DNA from: Bacteroidales bacterium
GTDB lineage: Bacteria > Bacteroidota > Bacteroidia > Bacteroidales > UBA4417
Assembly (NCBI GenBank): GCA_963665485.1
Contig: OY762227.1
Coordinates: 876,440 to 940,439, forward strand
DNA length: 64,000 bases
Direction: 5' to 3'
Position 1 is the stretch's first letter; the number at the start of each line of letters is the position of its first letter. Shown piece by piece: positions 26,278 to 36,094 of this stretch. The translations under genes and the position numbers were made by a program. Below the pieces are notes generated by a model. The model was not told the origin of the DNA. It searched no databases and worked only from the letters and a program-made list of their open reading frames with translations.

Positions 26278-27321
26278 ATGAAACGACTTCTGCTACCCGA
26301 TCTGCTTAAAGGTCTCGCTGCATTCTTTATGGTTCAGATTCATATTACTGAACTTTTTATCGATTCCGCTGGCAGGGAAAGCGCGGTTGGCAAGACCACG
26401 TTGTTTCTGGGAGGACCTTTCGCAGCTGTAGTTTTTATGATCGTGATGGGATATTTTATTGCTAAAAACAAAGGATCATCAACACAACACTTGCTGAGGG
26501 GAGTTAAAATTTTTATGCTCGGATTTTTTCTGAATATAGGTCTGAATTTTCATCTGCTTTTCAAAATAAAATTTGACAACTGGTCTTATAATCCTCTGGA
26601 ATATATATTTGGTGTTGATATTTTATACCTTGCGGGGATGAGTATCATTATACTGGCTTGCCTTAAATTATTTAAAAATGGCCAGGAATGGGCTTCTTTA
26701 ATTTTACTGCTTGCAGTTATAGTGCTAACGGGTTTTATGAATGAAAAACTAATGGTCACGAACCATTTCTTTGTGTTGCCATTTATTGCCGGTGCTTATT
26801 CGTGGTCATATTTCCCTTTGTTCCCCTGGCTGGCATATCCATTAACTGGTTTTATTTTTGCTCAGCACCAGGAGAAAATCATCCTCTTTTTCAACAAGCA
26901 GAAGGTTATTTCATTTATTCTGGTTGCAGCAATTGCAGCACTGGTCCTAATATTTTACAAAAAGGGCATAAATACTACTATTGATCTGCCATTATATTAT
27001 CATCACACTGCCGGATATGCACTTTGGGCTTTGGGATTAACCCTCCTCTGGACACTTTTCCTTCAGCTTATATTGAAACTGTTTCCCGATACTAAGGTTG
27101 GGAATTTCTTATGCTGGATCGGTAGAAACATAACACTTTTCTATGTGATCCAATGGCTGATTATCGGGAACATTGCGACAGCTATTTATCAGAGCAAACC
27201 TATTAACAGCTATATTTATTGGTTTGGAGGCATTTTTTCAGCAACGGTTTTACTCGTGTTTTTGATTGAAAAACTAAAACTAATGTTACTCCGGAAATCC
27301 CAAAAGACAGCTCCCGAATAA
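26278..27321 (+). CDS. DUF1624 / heparan-alpha-glucosaminide N-acetyltransferase-like membrane acyltransferase
   Basis: 347 aa, polytopic. The N-terminal DLLKGLAAFFMVQIH block is typical of the family. Confidence 0.75.
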   Translation: MKRLLLPDLLKGLAAFFMVQIHITELFIDSAGRESAVGKTTLFLGGPFAAVVFMIVMGYFIAKNKGSSTQHLLRGVKIFMLGFFLNIGLNFHLLFKIKFDNWSYNPLEYIFGVDILYLAGMSIIILACLKLFKNGQEWASLILLLAVIVLTGFMNEKLMVTNHFFVLPFIAGAYSWSYFPLFPWLAYPLTGFIFAQHQEKIILFFNKQKVISFILVAAIAALVLIFYKKGINTTIDLPLYYHHTAGYALWALGLTLLWTLFLQLILKLFPDTKVGNFLCWIGRNITLFYVIQWLIIGNIATAIYQSKPINSYIYWFGGIFSATVLLVFLIEKLKLMLLRKSQKTAPE

Positions 27322-27362
27322 CAACTGATACCTCAAGCAACAAGTTGTGATTTCCAGAATGC

Positions 27363-28082
27363 TTATACAATAAAAGTCCTGTCCACAAAAGCCTGAAAGT
27401 TTTCTTTATACTGTTCACCAACAGGGATGTAAACATTCCGGTCGAAAACTATACGGTTCCGTTCTATCACCTTTATACGTTCAAGGTTAACGATAAATGA
27501 TCGGTGAATGCGCATAAATTTGTCTTTCGGAAGCTGTTCCTCCATCACTTTCAACCGGATAAGTGTTGTAACCGGTTCATCATTCACAAGATGAATCTGA
27601 ATATATTCATTCGAACTTTCTATGTATTTGATTTCAGAAAAGAAGATTCGTATCATTTTGTATTCCGATTTTACAAACAGGCTGTCATGAGTAGTTTGAA
27701 TTAATTCTTCTTGTTTCCGGTTCAATTCAAACCATGTTTTCGCTTTGTTTGCCGCCTTTAGAAAACTGGCATAGCTGATTGGTTTCAATATATAATCCAG
27801 GGCATCTACCTTAAACCCTTCAATCGCATACTCGCTATATGCTGTTGTAAAAATAATCTGTGGCTTTTGTGTAAGCGATTTTACAAAGTCCATGCCGTTC
27901 AGGTCAGGCATGTTTATGTCAACGAACATCAGGTCAACCGCGTTGTTTGCCAGGAATTCCATAGCATCAAAAGCATTATGACATAATGCTAAAACTTCAA
28001 GAAACGGTGTTTTCCCGATATAAGAGCTTATTTGCTTTAGCGCAAGCGGCTCATCGTCAATTGCTATGCATTTTATTTTCAT
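27363..28082 (-). CDS. LytTR-family response regulator
   Basis: Receiver domain (IAIDDEPLAL...DLMFVDINMPD) plus a C-terminal LytTR domain (HRSFIVN). Confidence 0.93.
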   Translation of the reverse strand: MKIKCIAIDDEPLALKQISSYIGKTPFLEVLALCHNAFDAMEFLANNAVDLMFVDINMPDLNGMDFVKSLTQKPQIIFTTAYSEYAIEGFKVDALDYILKPISYASFLKAANKAKTWFELNRKQEELIQTTHDSLFVKSEYKMIRIFFSEIKYIESSNEYIQIHLVNDEPVTTLIRLKVMEEQLPKDKFMRIHRSFIVNLERIKVIERNRIVFDRNVYIPVGEQYKENFQAFVDRTFIV

Positions 28083-29295
28083 ACACTGGTATAGTTAATT
28101 CTACTTCATATTCTTTTTCGCTTTCAAGAATATTGAGGATATAATCACTCTTAAACAGAAGTTCCAGGCTTTTTTTAATATTAGTCAAACCAATACCGGA
28201 ATAGCTTTTTTCATCACTTTCCTTAGTCTTGAATTTGCTGTTCCGGATATTACAATTCAGCCTATCATCCTTTTGTTCTATTTTGAACATAACAAAGGAT
28301 TCAGCCTGGTAACTTATGCCATGTTTAAAGGCATTTTCAAGAAACGAAATAAAAAGCATAGGAGGTATCTCAATGTCCCGGATATCTTCAGGAACCTGAA
28401 GACTAATAGATACATTATCCGGGAATCGTAATTTCATAAGCGTTATATAGCTTTCAATAAAAGCAATCTCTTTTTTCAGTGTAGTTTGTCCGTGAGCCGT
28501 ATCATACAGCAAATAGCGCATCATAACAGATAACTGAATAATAGTGTTTTTAGCGTCTTCTGCATTAATATCGATGAGAGCATGAATATTATTCAGTGTA
28601 TTCATAAAAAAATGAGGACTTATCTGGTGCCGCAATAAAGCCAGTTCTGTTTTAAGTTGCTCTTTCTCCAGATCTTTCCGTTTGCTCTCCTCGTTAAGCC
28701 ATTGTGATACTAATTTAAAAGCTGTTCCGACTCCAACAACCAGAATGGAAAGTAGAAGATTGTCAACAAAAATCATAAATAATGATTTCGATGCTGGTTC
28801 AGTTACAGGATTGTATCCCATTGGTGGCGGCATTCCGGGCCCCAATTCCATAGGTGGCATTCCAGGTCCCAGGTTCATTGGCGGCATCGCTAGTGGCTGA
28901 GGTGGTAATATAAACATCTTAACTAAGATTGTAGCCCCAATAACCAGAAGTATTGTTATAAGTGTTATTCCAACATAAGACCGGTATTTCTTTTGAAAAA
29001 GGAATTTTGGAACAAGCCATAAGGTATTCAATACAAAAATGAACAAAAACGAGAACATGCTTGCCCATTCCCCGAATACTTTAATCCAGTTTATTGTATT
29101 GTTAATCCGCTGACTAAAAAAGGGAACGGAAAATACAGCCATCCAGATTACAATAAAAACAAAGAATTCAATTATTCGTATGTTAAATATTTTAGTTTTC
29201 ATAATTTCAATTTCACACAACCTGACGCATTTACAAAGGTATGTTTGACAAAGCTCAATAACAAAAAATATCAGTATAATGCCAAAAGAGTTCAA
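28057..29295 (-). CDS. LytS/YehU-type sensor histidine kinase
   Basis: His-kinase block LRHQISPHFFMNTLNNIHALI and an HATPase region (GIGLTNIKKSLELLF). The true start is more likely the MKTK Met at 29202. Contains a Pro/Met/Gly tandem repeat linker. Confidence 0.88.
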   Translation of the reverse strand: MNSFGIILIFFVIELCQTYLCKCVRLCEIEIMKTKIFNIRIIEFFVFIVIWMAVFSVPFFSQRINNTINWIKVFGEWASMFSFLFIFVLNTLWLVPKFLFQKKYRSYVGITLITILLVIGATILVKMFILPPQPLAMPPMNLGPGMPPMELGPGMPPPMGYNPVTEPASKSLFMIFVDNLLLSILVVGVGTAFKLVSQWLNEESKRKDLEKEQLKTELALLRHQISPHFFMNTLNNIHALIDINAEDAKNTIIQLSVMMRYLLYDTAHGQTTLKKEIAFIESYITLMKLRFPDNVSISLQVPEDIRDIEIPPMLFISFLENAFKHGISYQAESFVMFKIEQKDDRLNCNIRNSKFKTKESDEKSYSGIGLTNIKKSLELLFKSDYILNILESEKEYEVELTIPVYENKMHSN

Positions 29296-29569
29296 TGAAA
29301 CAGAACAATTAATAAGCAGAAAGTTTATAACGTGGTGATTTTATCTATCCATTTATGCCGGGATTTGCATTAATTTCCATGCTTCTGGCACAGCTACCCC
29401 TTAATTTTTGTCTCAGTTTAAGCTATCCGGAAACAATGATTTCTCCGGTGATGGTAATAGCAAAAAAAAACCTAAACGTTAGGGAAAAAGCATGTTCTAC
29501 TCTTTAATGATACCCCCAGAACTGAAGCTAAAAATAATTAATATGGTTGAGTAAAAATTAAGAGTATTT

Positions 29570-29608
29570 AAAAACAAAACGCCGTATATAAATGATATAC
29601 AGCGTTTT
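29570..29608 (-). terminator. intrinsic terminator downstream of tRNA-Ala
   Basis: Hairpin aacgccgtatat-aaatg-atatacagcgtt, followed on the minus strand by TTTTGTTTTT. Confidence 0.7.
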
Positions 29609-29632
29609 ATGATTTATATTTCATTCAAAAAG

Positions 29633-29706
29633 TGGAGCGTATGGGAGTCGAACCCATGACCTTCAGACTGCCAGTCTGACACTCTAGCCAACTGAGCTAA
29701 CGCCCC
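29633..29706 (-). tRNA. tRNA-Ala (anticodon GGC)
   Basis: Hand-folded cloverleaf GGGGCGT/ACGCTCC acceptor with the G3:U70 Ala identity pair. Anticodon loop CTGGCAG, T-arm ATGGG-TTCGACT-CCCAT, discriminator A. CCA is not encoded. Confidence 0.93.
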
Positions 29707-29766
29707 GAAACAGAGGGGCAAAATTAAGAAACTTTCCTAATTTTACACAAAATAAGATTATTATTT

Positions 29767-30321
29767 ATGAAACGCCTGTTTGCAGCTATAAAAATACATC
29801 CGTCAGCGAGTTATATCAGGCTTTTTAATGAAATATCTTCATCGCTGCGGCATGAAAGGATTAAATGGACGCAGCCCGAAAACATCCACCTGACTTTGAA
29901 ATTCTTTGGTGAAACAGATGAAACTAAAATTCCTGCAATCTGCCTCGCTCTTGAATCTGCGCTTGCTCAATCAGAAACATTCACAATCAAAATCGCAAAT
30001 ACAGGTATTTTCGGAAGCCGCTACGATCCTAAAGTGATTTGGTTTGGAATCGAGAAGCAGGATGAATTGGAAAACCTGGCGCGAAATATTTTTGCCGAAC
30101 TTGCAAAATGCGGCTGGGAAGCTGACCGGCAAAATTTTGTTCCACATCTTACCATTGGCAGGATCAAGGGATTAAAGGATAAACCTCTTTTTCAACAGAT
30201 AATAAGCAAATACAATACCGTTGAAATACAGGAAGAAAACGTTACCGAAATAATACTTTACGAAAGTATACTACTTCGCGAAGGACCGATGTATGTGAAT
30301 GTATTTTCAGCTTTACTTTAA
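29767..30321 (+). CDS. thpR: RNA 2',3'-cyclic phosphodiesterase (2H phosphoesterase, LigT/ThpR)
   Basis: Two H-x-T-x motifs (HLTLKF, HLTIGR) at the expected spacing in a 184-aa protein. Confidence 0.88.
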   Translation: MKRLFAAIKIHPSASYIRLFNEISSSLRHERIKWTQPENIHLTLKFFGETDETKIPAICLALESALAQSETFTIKIANTGIFGSRYDPKVIWFGIEKQDELENLARNIFAELAKCGWEADRQNFVPHLTIGRIKGLKDKPLFQQIISKYNTVEIQEENVTEIILYESILLREGPMYVNVFSALL

Positions 30322-30575
30322 AACAAAATTATTCCTTAGCGTAATTGATTAACCAAATCTAATGTTGCCCAATTCAGATCTTTGACAGACAAAGACTTGC
30401 CATATCAGGTTTAACCTAACTAGCACTAATGCCTCAACATTCGCTTCCATTGTGAATTCTGTGTTAAATGCCATGGCTATTTTTTCTGCATTTTGTCCTG
30501 CCAAAATTCCGAAAAGCCTCATTGTCAGCGTCCCTAAAAGCCTGACGATCATGCAATATTAACTATCTTTGTACT

Positions 30576-31196
30576 ATGAAACTAAACGAAATCAATGAAT
30601 TCAAATCCTCACCACAGATAATAAAACGGCTGAACGAATTCGGATTTAGTAAAATATTCGCTGAAGGGTCTGTAATATTTAATGAAAATGTTAACATTAA
30701 AGCCATACCGATTGTAACAAACGGAAGCATAAGAATAATGCGCACGGATGAAGAAGGAAGGGAAATTCTACTTTATTACATCACTTCCGGAGAAAGCTGC
30801 ATCATGTCGTTTATGGGTGGGATGCACCACGATACCAGCAAAGTAAAAGCCATTGCTGAGGAAGAAACACAAATACTGTTTATTCCAACCGATAAAATGG
30901 GTTTACTCATTAAAGAATTTCCCGAATGGTTAGAATATATTTTTCGCTTGTATCATGAGCGATTCGAAGAGCTGCTGGATGCTGTAAATGCGATAGCATT
31001 CAAAAAACTGGATGAGCGCATATATAGTTTAATTAAGAAGAAATGTGAATTAATGAAAAATAATGCCCTTAATATAACACACGAACAATTAGCCAATGAG
31101 TTAGGAACTGCCCGTGTAGTGGTTTCGCGATTGCTGAAACAGATGGAGGACGAGGGTTTGGTGAAATTAGGCAGAAATAAAATTTCACTTGTGTAA
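30576..31196 (+). CDS. Crp/Fnr-family transcriptional regulator
   Basis: cNMP-binding-like domain plus C-terminal HTH (LANELGTARVVVSRLLKQMEDEG). Confidence 0.85.
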   Translation: MKLNEINEFKSSPQIIKRLNEFGFSKIFAEGSVIFNENVNIKAIPIVTNGSIRIMRTDEEGREILLYYITSGESCIMSFMGGMHHDTSKVKAIAEEETQILFIPTDKMGLLIKEFPEWLEYIFRLYHERFEELLDAVNAIAFKKLDERIYSLIKKKCELMKNNALNITHEQLANELGTARVVVSRLLKQMEDEGLVKLGRNKISLV

Positions 31197-31497
31197 CAAA
31201 TGTTGCTGCACATCAAATTTCAAAATATCACTTTTGTAGAATATTAATTTGTTCACTCCGATTCAATCAAAGTGAACTAAATTATGGGAATCACTGAAAA
31301 AATGGTAAGAGTTCATTTAGGTGTGGCAATACCAGGTCTGTGATTAACCAATCTGATTTCAGGAAATTTTATAACCGGACTTTTTGTTCTTGAAGGTTTT
31401 TCATCCCTGCAAGTCTATTGGTTTTTTGCCCTTTGAATCTGCTATTCGGTAACTCAACTCTAAAGAAAACTACGTAAATCTAAAAATCAGAAAGAAA

Positions 31498-31809
31498 TTG
31501 TTCGAATCAATCATACGTTTATTTAGTAAAGAAAAAACCGATTACGCCCAATTAGTAAAGGATGGTGCTGTAATTCTGGATGTACGCTCCAAAGGAGAAT
31601 ATGCCGGGGGTCATATAAGAGGCTCAGTAAATATAGCCGTAGAGCAACTTGGCAACAATCTTCATAAATTGAAAAATAAAAGTAAACCTATTATTACCTG
31701 CTGCGAATCAGGGATGAGGAGTGCAGCGGCAAAAAATATCCTGAAATCGAACGGATATTCAAATGTATACAACGGAGGTAGTATACATCGTTTGCGAAAC
31801 AAATTATAA
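31498..31809 (+). CDS. single-domain rhodanese
   Basis: 103 aa with a TTG start. Contains DVRSKGEYAGGHIRGS and the active-site loop CCESGMRS. Confidence 0.88.
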   Translation: MFESIIRLFSKEKTDYAQLVKDGAVILDVRSKGEYAGGHIRGSVNIAVEQLGNNLHKLKNKSKPIITCCESGMRSAAAKNILKSNGYSNVYNGGSIHRLRNKL

Positions 31810-31941
31810 TCTGCCTCTAAGTGAATGGAAATGGTATTTAAAAGGTCGGAAGACTGAAGAAAGAACAAACTGGAATTTGATTCCATTGGAAAATTCCTGA
31901 TGAAAGACAGTTGGTCAACAAAGCCCTTCTATCCTTGCTAA

Positions 31942-32259
31942 ATGACATTTTTAGAAATATTTCCGACTTCAGACAAAATAAATATGCACACTAAATTAAC
32001 AGCAGAATCACAATTTATAATGAAAGAAAGAATTTTATCAAACTGGACATTTACGCGGGCATTCTATCTCATCATGGGATTTTTTGTAATCATTCAGTCA
32101 TACATGGGTCAACAATGGTTTGGAATAGCCTTTGGTGGCTATTTTGCGGCGATGGGTTTGTTCGCTTTTGGTTGCGCATCGGGAAACTGTATTGGCGGTA
32201 ATTGTTCAACTGAGTCAGATCTAAAATCCAATCAGGGTACACATTCTGAACAAAAATAA
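31942..32259 (+). CDS. small membrane protein with C-terminal Cys/Gly-rich motif
   Basis: Two TM helices, then FGCASGNCIGGNC. The likelier start is the MKER Met at 32020. Confidence 0.6.
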   Translation: MTFLEIFPTSDKINMHTKLTAESQFIMKERILSNWTFTRAFYLIMGFFVIIQSYMGQQWFGIAFGGYFAAMGLFAFGCASGNCIGGNCSTESDLKSNQGTHSEQK

Positions 32260-32266
32260 TAATCGT

Positions 32267-32980
32267 ATGACAAAGTATTTATCTATCATTTTAGTTGCAT
32301 TTGCACTTGTTTTCAACAGTTGCACCAACGGGCAATCATCGCCGTCCAATTCTACTGTTTCTGCGATCGAATTTTCGAAGAAAATTACAGAACTCCCTGG
32401 TGCTCCGATTATTGATGTCAGAACTCCCGGAGAATTTTCGCAAGGCCATTTGAAAAACGCCTTAAACTACGACATAAGCTCAGGTGAATTTGAAAATAAA
32501 ATCGCATCCCTCGACAAATTAAAACCGGTTTTAGTTTATTGTTTAAGCGGCAGCAGAAGTTCCTATGCGGTTAGATTTATGAAATCAAACGGTTTTAAAG
32601 AAGTATATGAGTTATATGGGGGCATGATGAAATGGAGAGCTGCCAACCTTCCTGAAACTACGGATAGAACAGTAGCTTCAACAGGTATGAGTAAACAACA
32701 ATTTGATAACCTGCTAGTTACAGATAAATTAGTGTTGATAGATTATTATGCTGACTGGTGCGCTCCCTGCAAAAAAATGAAGCCTTACCTGGATGAAATA
32801 TCGAAGGATATGGCCGATAAAGTGGTGGTGATTCGTATTAATGCCGACGAAAGTGCAGCACTTTGTAAAGAATTGAAAATTGATGCCATACCTGTATTAC
32901 AGATTTACAGGAACAAAATGCTTATCTGGGCAAATACCGGATTTATTGAAAAAGAAGCGGTTATTAAACAATTAAAATAG
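32267..32980 (+). CDS. rhodanese-thioredoxin fusion lipoprotein
   Basis: Lipobox FNSC. Rhodanese loop CLSGSRS. Thioredoxin motif WCAPCKKM. Confidence 0.9.
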   Translation: MTKYLSIILVAFALVFNSCTNGQSSPSNSTVSAIEFSKKITELPGAPIIDVRTPGEFSQGHLKNALNYDISSGEFENKIASLDKLKPVLVYCLSGSRSSYAVRFMKSNGFKEVYELYGGMMKWRAANLPETTDRTVASTGMSKQQFDNLLVTDKLVLIDYYADWCAPCKKMKPYLDEISKDMADKVVVIRINADESAALCKELKIDAIPVLQIYRNKMLIWANTGFIEKEAVIKQLK

Positions 32981-33213
32981 ATCATATTCTATTCACTCAC
33001 TTATTCTCTTCCATATAAACTTCACACGGAGTATCGCAAATACCGGATACACTTTATAATTGGAACGAAGATCATTCAGAAAGCACGGATAAAGAAGCCT
33101 ATTTTCCTGAATAGATTCTATGTGGCTAATGTGACGAAAAATAAAAATTATTCGGAAAACAAATTACTCAGCGATGTTATGTGACCTACATACCTCCATG
33201 GTTAATCCTGCAA

Positions 33214-33249
33214 AATAAAAAACCCTACGGAAACGAATCCCGCAGGGTA
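33214..33249 (-). terminator. intrinsic terminator after 33281-33631
   Basis: Hairpin accctacgg-N9-ccgcagggt (one wobble), followed on the minus strand by a T-run. Confidence 0.6.
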
Positions 33250-33280
33250 TAAAAACTAACCAAATTTTTTATCTTTAATC

Positions 33281-33631
33281 TTATTCAGTCTTAGGAGGCT
33301 CGACTTCGCTTTCTTTACGATGTTTCTCGATAAAGAAATCGATGATCAGCGCCATTCCACCAAATATGGATGCCATGGAGAAATAAGCTGCTTCGGCCGA
33401 CATTACCTGGTATTTTGCCATAAATTCGGCAATCAGTAATCCAAGTCCGACACCAAATAGTAAAAGACCCCATTTGAGCGAAGAATAGCAACGGCCGTCT
33501 TCTTTAAGTATGGATGCATCACGGCCGCTTTGTATCAGCGCCATACGTTCTTTTTTGCGGTACGACATATATACAATGCCCAGTATCATAGCAAAAAATG
33601 CTATCGGAATCCACAATCCTTCGTTTTGCAT
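33281..33631 (-). CDS. small membrane protein (DUF6249-like, uncertain)
   Basis: 116 aa, 3 TM helices, with a YRKKERMALIQSG segment after TM1. Divergent from the ECF sigma gene. Confidence 0.65.
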   Translation of the reverse strand: MQNEGLWIPIAFFAMILGIVYMSYRKKERMALIQSGRDASILKEDGRCYSSLKWGLLLFGVGLGLLIAEFMAKYQVMSAEAAYFSMASIFGGMALIIDFFIEKHRKESEVEPPKTE

Positions 33632-33929
33632 AATAATTGTATTAAAAAGTTCTTAAATCTGTTCTCTGCTCATTATGACGTAACTTTTTATTCAAGGTTA
33701 CAAAAAAATGAATTTTGTTGTAATTTTACTCCAGCTCCGGATAGCACCAATTTGCAATAACTCTTATAAGCAAAACAAACACATTGCACATCTGTTATTC
33801 TAAGTACGTTGTACTTTTTGCTATTTAACCTTGCTTTTTATTTTATTACTTTAGCTTAACCTCGTTAACACGGCACTTCTTGTTTATATCCTATGTAACC
33901 TTTTTCAACAACCTGCGTCATAATAACAC

Positions 33930-34499
33930 ATGAAAGAACAGGACGATATTTTTCACGTGCAGAGAGTGCTGGCAGGAAATACTGCAGCATATGCCGTTCT
34001 GGTTGAAAAACATAGTGATATGGCGTTCACAATTGCCAATAAAATTGTGCGAAGCCGTGAAGATGCCGAGGAAATTGCCCAGGATGCCTTTGTTAAAGCT
34101 TATCAATCGCTACGTTCTTTTAAAGGTGATTCGAAATTCAGTACCTGGTTGTACCGTATAGTTTATAATGCAGCCATTTCGCATACCCGTCGTAAAAAAC
34201 AGGATTTCACCCAGCTCGACGAACGCGTGGTAAGCGATACAACAGAAGATGAAATTTTTGAAAACCTTGATACTCTTGATGCCGAACTCCAGTCGAAACT
34301 GGTAAATGAAGCCATCAATAAACTGCCAGCAGACGAAAGTGCCATTGTTACGCTCTTTTATCTTAAAGAAAATACCATCGACGATATCAGCCAGATCACA
34401 GGGCTGAGCGTGTCGAACGTAAAAGTAAAGCTGTTCCGTATCCGAAAAAAGCTCTATGACGAATTACAAACGAAGATGAAAATGGAAACAGTGTTATAA
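33930..34499 (+). CDS. ECF-type RNA polymerase sigma-70 family factor
   Basis: Region 2 (AEEIAQDAFVKAY...FSTWLYRIVYNAAI) and region 4 HTH (IDDISQITGLSVSNVKVKLFRIRKKL). Confidence 0.9.
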   Translation: MKEQDDIFHVQRVLAGNTAAYAVLVEKHSDMAFTIANKIVRSREDAEEIAQDAFVKAYQSLRSFKGDSKFSTWLYRIVYNAAISHTRRKKQDFTQLDERVVSDTTEDEIFENLDTLDAELQSKLVNEAINKLPADESAIVTLFYLKENTIDDISQITGLSVSNVKVKLFRIRKKLYDELQTKMKMETVL

Positions 34500-34537
34500 T
34501 AAATTGTACTTTTGAACCCTAAAATACTGAATGAACC

Positions 34538-34975
34538 ATGACAACCGATAAAAACAACCACGATGAAGCGATCCGTCGCATTGTCAGCCGTACAAGGCTC
34601 GACAAGCCTTCGGAAGGATTCAGCGCGCGTATCATGGATCGCCTGCTCGCCACACAACCTGAGCCAGTAAAAAAATGGATGATCACCTACCAATATGGAA
34701 TTCTTGCCATTGCTGCAGGTGTTGCCATAATGATGCTGATTTTCCCTGCCTGGACGGTTTTCGATTTTGATGTTAAAATGGTTGGAACCTCCGCCGCACA
34801 AATGGCTGGAAACCTTTTTGCTGAAGGTGCAGTATGGATTGGACAAATGTTCGGCAAAATTGGCGCTTTAGGCAAATACGCATATTTTATCCCTGTTTCG
34901 GTTGCTATACTGCTGGTTTCCGTTTTCGACCAGGTAATTAGCCGTAAACCCCAGGTTGATCGCGCAAAAAGCTAA
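34538..34975 (+). CDS. putative anti-sigma / membrane protein
   Basis: Immediately downstream of the ECF sigma gene. Short cytoplasmic N-terminus followed by TM helices. Confidence 0.55.
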   Translation: MTTDKNNHDEAIRRIVSRTRLDKPSEGFSARIMDRLLATQPEPVKKWMITYQYGILAIAAGVAIMMLIFPAWTVFDFDVKMVGTSAAQMAGNLFAEGAVWIGQMFGKIGALGKYAYFIPVSVAILLVSVFDQVISRKPQVDRAKS

Positions 34976-34999
34976 AACAGAAATCTCCTTATATGAATG

Positions 35000-35037
35000 A
35001 AAATCATTTTGCCAATCCCGGTAAAATGATTTTTTTT
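35000..35037 (+). terminator. intrinsic terminator after the sigma/anti-sigma pair
   Basis: An 11-bp AT-rich stem (aaaatcatttt / aaaatgatttt) with a 12-nt loop, followed by a T-run. Confidence 0.55.
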
Positions 35038-35068
35038 ATCTTCACATTTCAAATCAAAAACAGTAAAA

Positions 35069-35947
35069 ATGCTTCCGGAAGAACTGAAAAACTCAGTTGA
35101 GATTACCTTAAGAACTCAATTCGAAAAACAGGTGGAAATTTCCGAAATCCGGTCCGTTGGAGGGGGATGCATAAATGAAGCTTATTCGTTAAAAACCAAT
35201 GCTGGCAAATACTTTATCAAATATAATTCAGCTTCAGCTTTTCCCGGGATGTTCGAAAAGGAAGCAACCGGGCTGAAAATACTGGCTGAAACGAAAACCA
35301 TTGAAATTCCGGAAGTGATAGTTGCGGCCAAAACTTACGACTATGCTTATCTCTTACTTCAATTTATAGAAACCGGTGTTAGCTCGCGTAATTTCTGGAA
35401 TGATTTCGGCATAAAGCTGGCTGATTTACATCGGAATACCAATGAATATTTCGGACTTGATCATAATAATTATATTGGATCTCTGGTGCAGACAAATAAT
35501 CCTTATCCCGATTTTTACAGTTTCTTTATCTCGGAGCGTATCGAACCCCAGCTGAAAGAAGCCCGCAACAAAGGCGCTTTCAGCCAAAGTGAAACACGAT
35601 ATTTTGATTCACTTTTCAACGCCCTACACAATATTATCCCCGTCGAAAAGCCCGCGCTTATTCATGGAGATCTCTGGAGTGGGAATTATATGGTTACCGC
35701 AGGTGGTTCTCCTTGCCTGGTTGATCCGGCTGTTTATTACGGTCACCGGGAAGCGGATATTGCAATGACACAGCTTTTCGGAGGATTTCAGCAGGAATTT
35801 TATGGCGCATATAACCAGGCATGGCCCATGGAAAAAGACTGGCAAAAACGTATGGATATTTTTAATCTTTACCCATTGCTGGTGCATGTTAACTTGTTCG
35901 GTGGCAGCTATGCCCGACAGATTTTGCAGATTATCCGGCAATTTTGA
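35069..35947 (+). CDS. fructosamine kinase-family protein
   Basis: LIHGDLWSGN catalytic loop and the overall 292-aa layout of the fructosamine-3-kinase/APH-like family. Confidence 0.88.
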   Translation: MLPEELKNSVEITLRTQFEKQVEISEIRSVGGGCINEAYSLKTNAGKYFIKYNSASAFPGMFEKEATGLKILAETKTIEIPEVIVAAKTYDYAYLLLQFIETGVSSRNFWNDFGIKLADLHRNTNEYFGLDHNNYIGSLVQTNNPYPDFYSFFISERIEPQLKEARNKGAFSQSETRYFDSLFNALHNIIPVEKPALIHGDLWSGNYMVTAGGSPCLVDPAVYYGHREADIAMTQLFGGFQQEFYGAYNQAWPMEKDWQKRMDIFNLYPLLVHVNLFGGSYARQILQIIRQF

Positions 35948-36094
35948 GTAATTTCGGGCCTTGGAATTAATTAATTTTGAGTTGTCCTTAAAATTCGGAC
36001 AACTGAACGAATTATTCGCAACTGATTTTTTAACCAAATCTATCTTCAAAAATCTTTGCGCATTTTTATCACTTATTAATAAAAAATCAACACA

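Noticed and set aside
29386-29402. TGGCAC element resembling a sigma-54 -24 box upstream of the histidine kinase
   Set aside because: No TTGC(A/T) -12 element is present at the required spacing.
31284-31436. 50-codon frame with an internal TGA that resembles a DUF2892/YgaP-like small membrane protein
   Set aside because: The resemblance rests on a few residues recalled from memory (R...G..L...G pattern). It has no Cys-Pro motif, and the in-frame stop makes it either a pseudogene or noise. There is no SECIS-type evidence for recoding.
35624-36049. 141-aa minus-strand ORF
   Set aside because: It overlaps the 3' part of the fructosamine-kinase gene in antisense and has no recognisable motifs.
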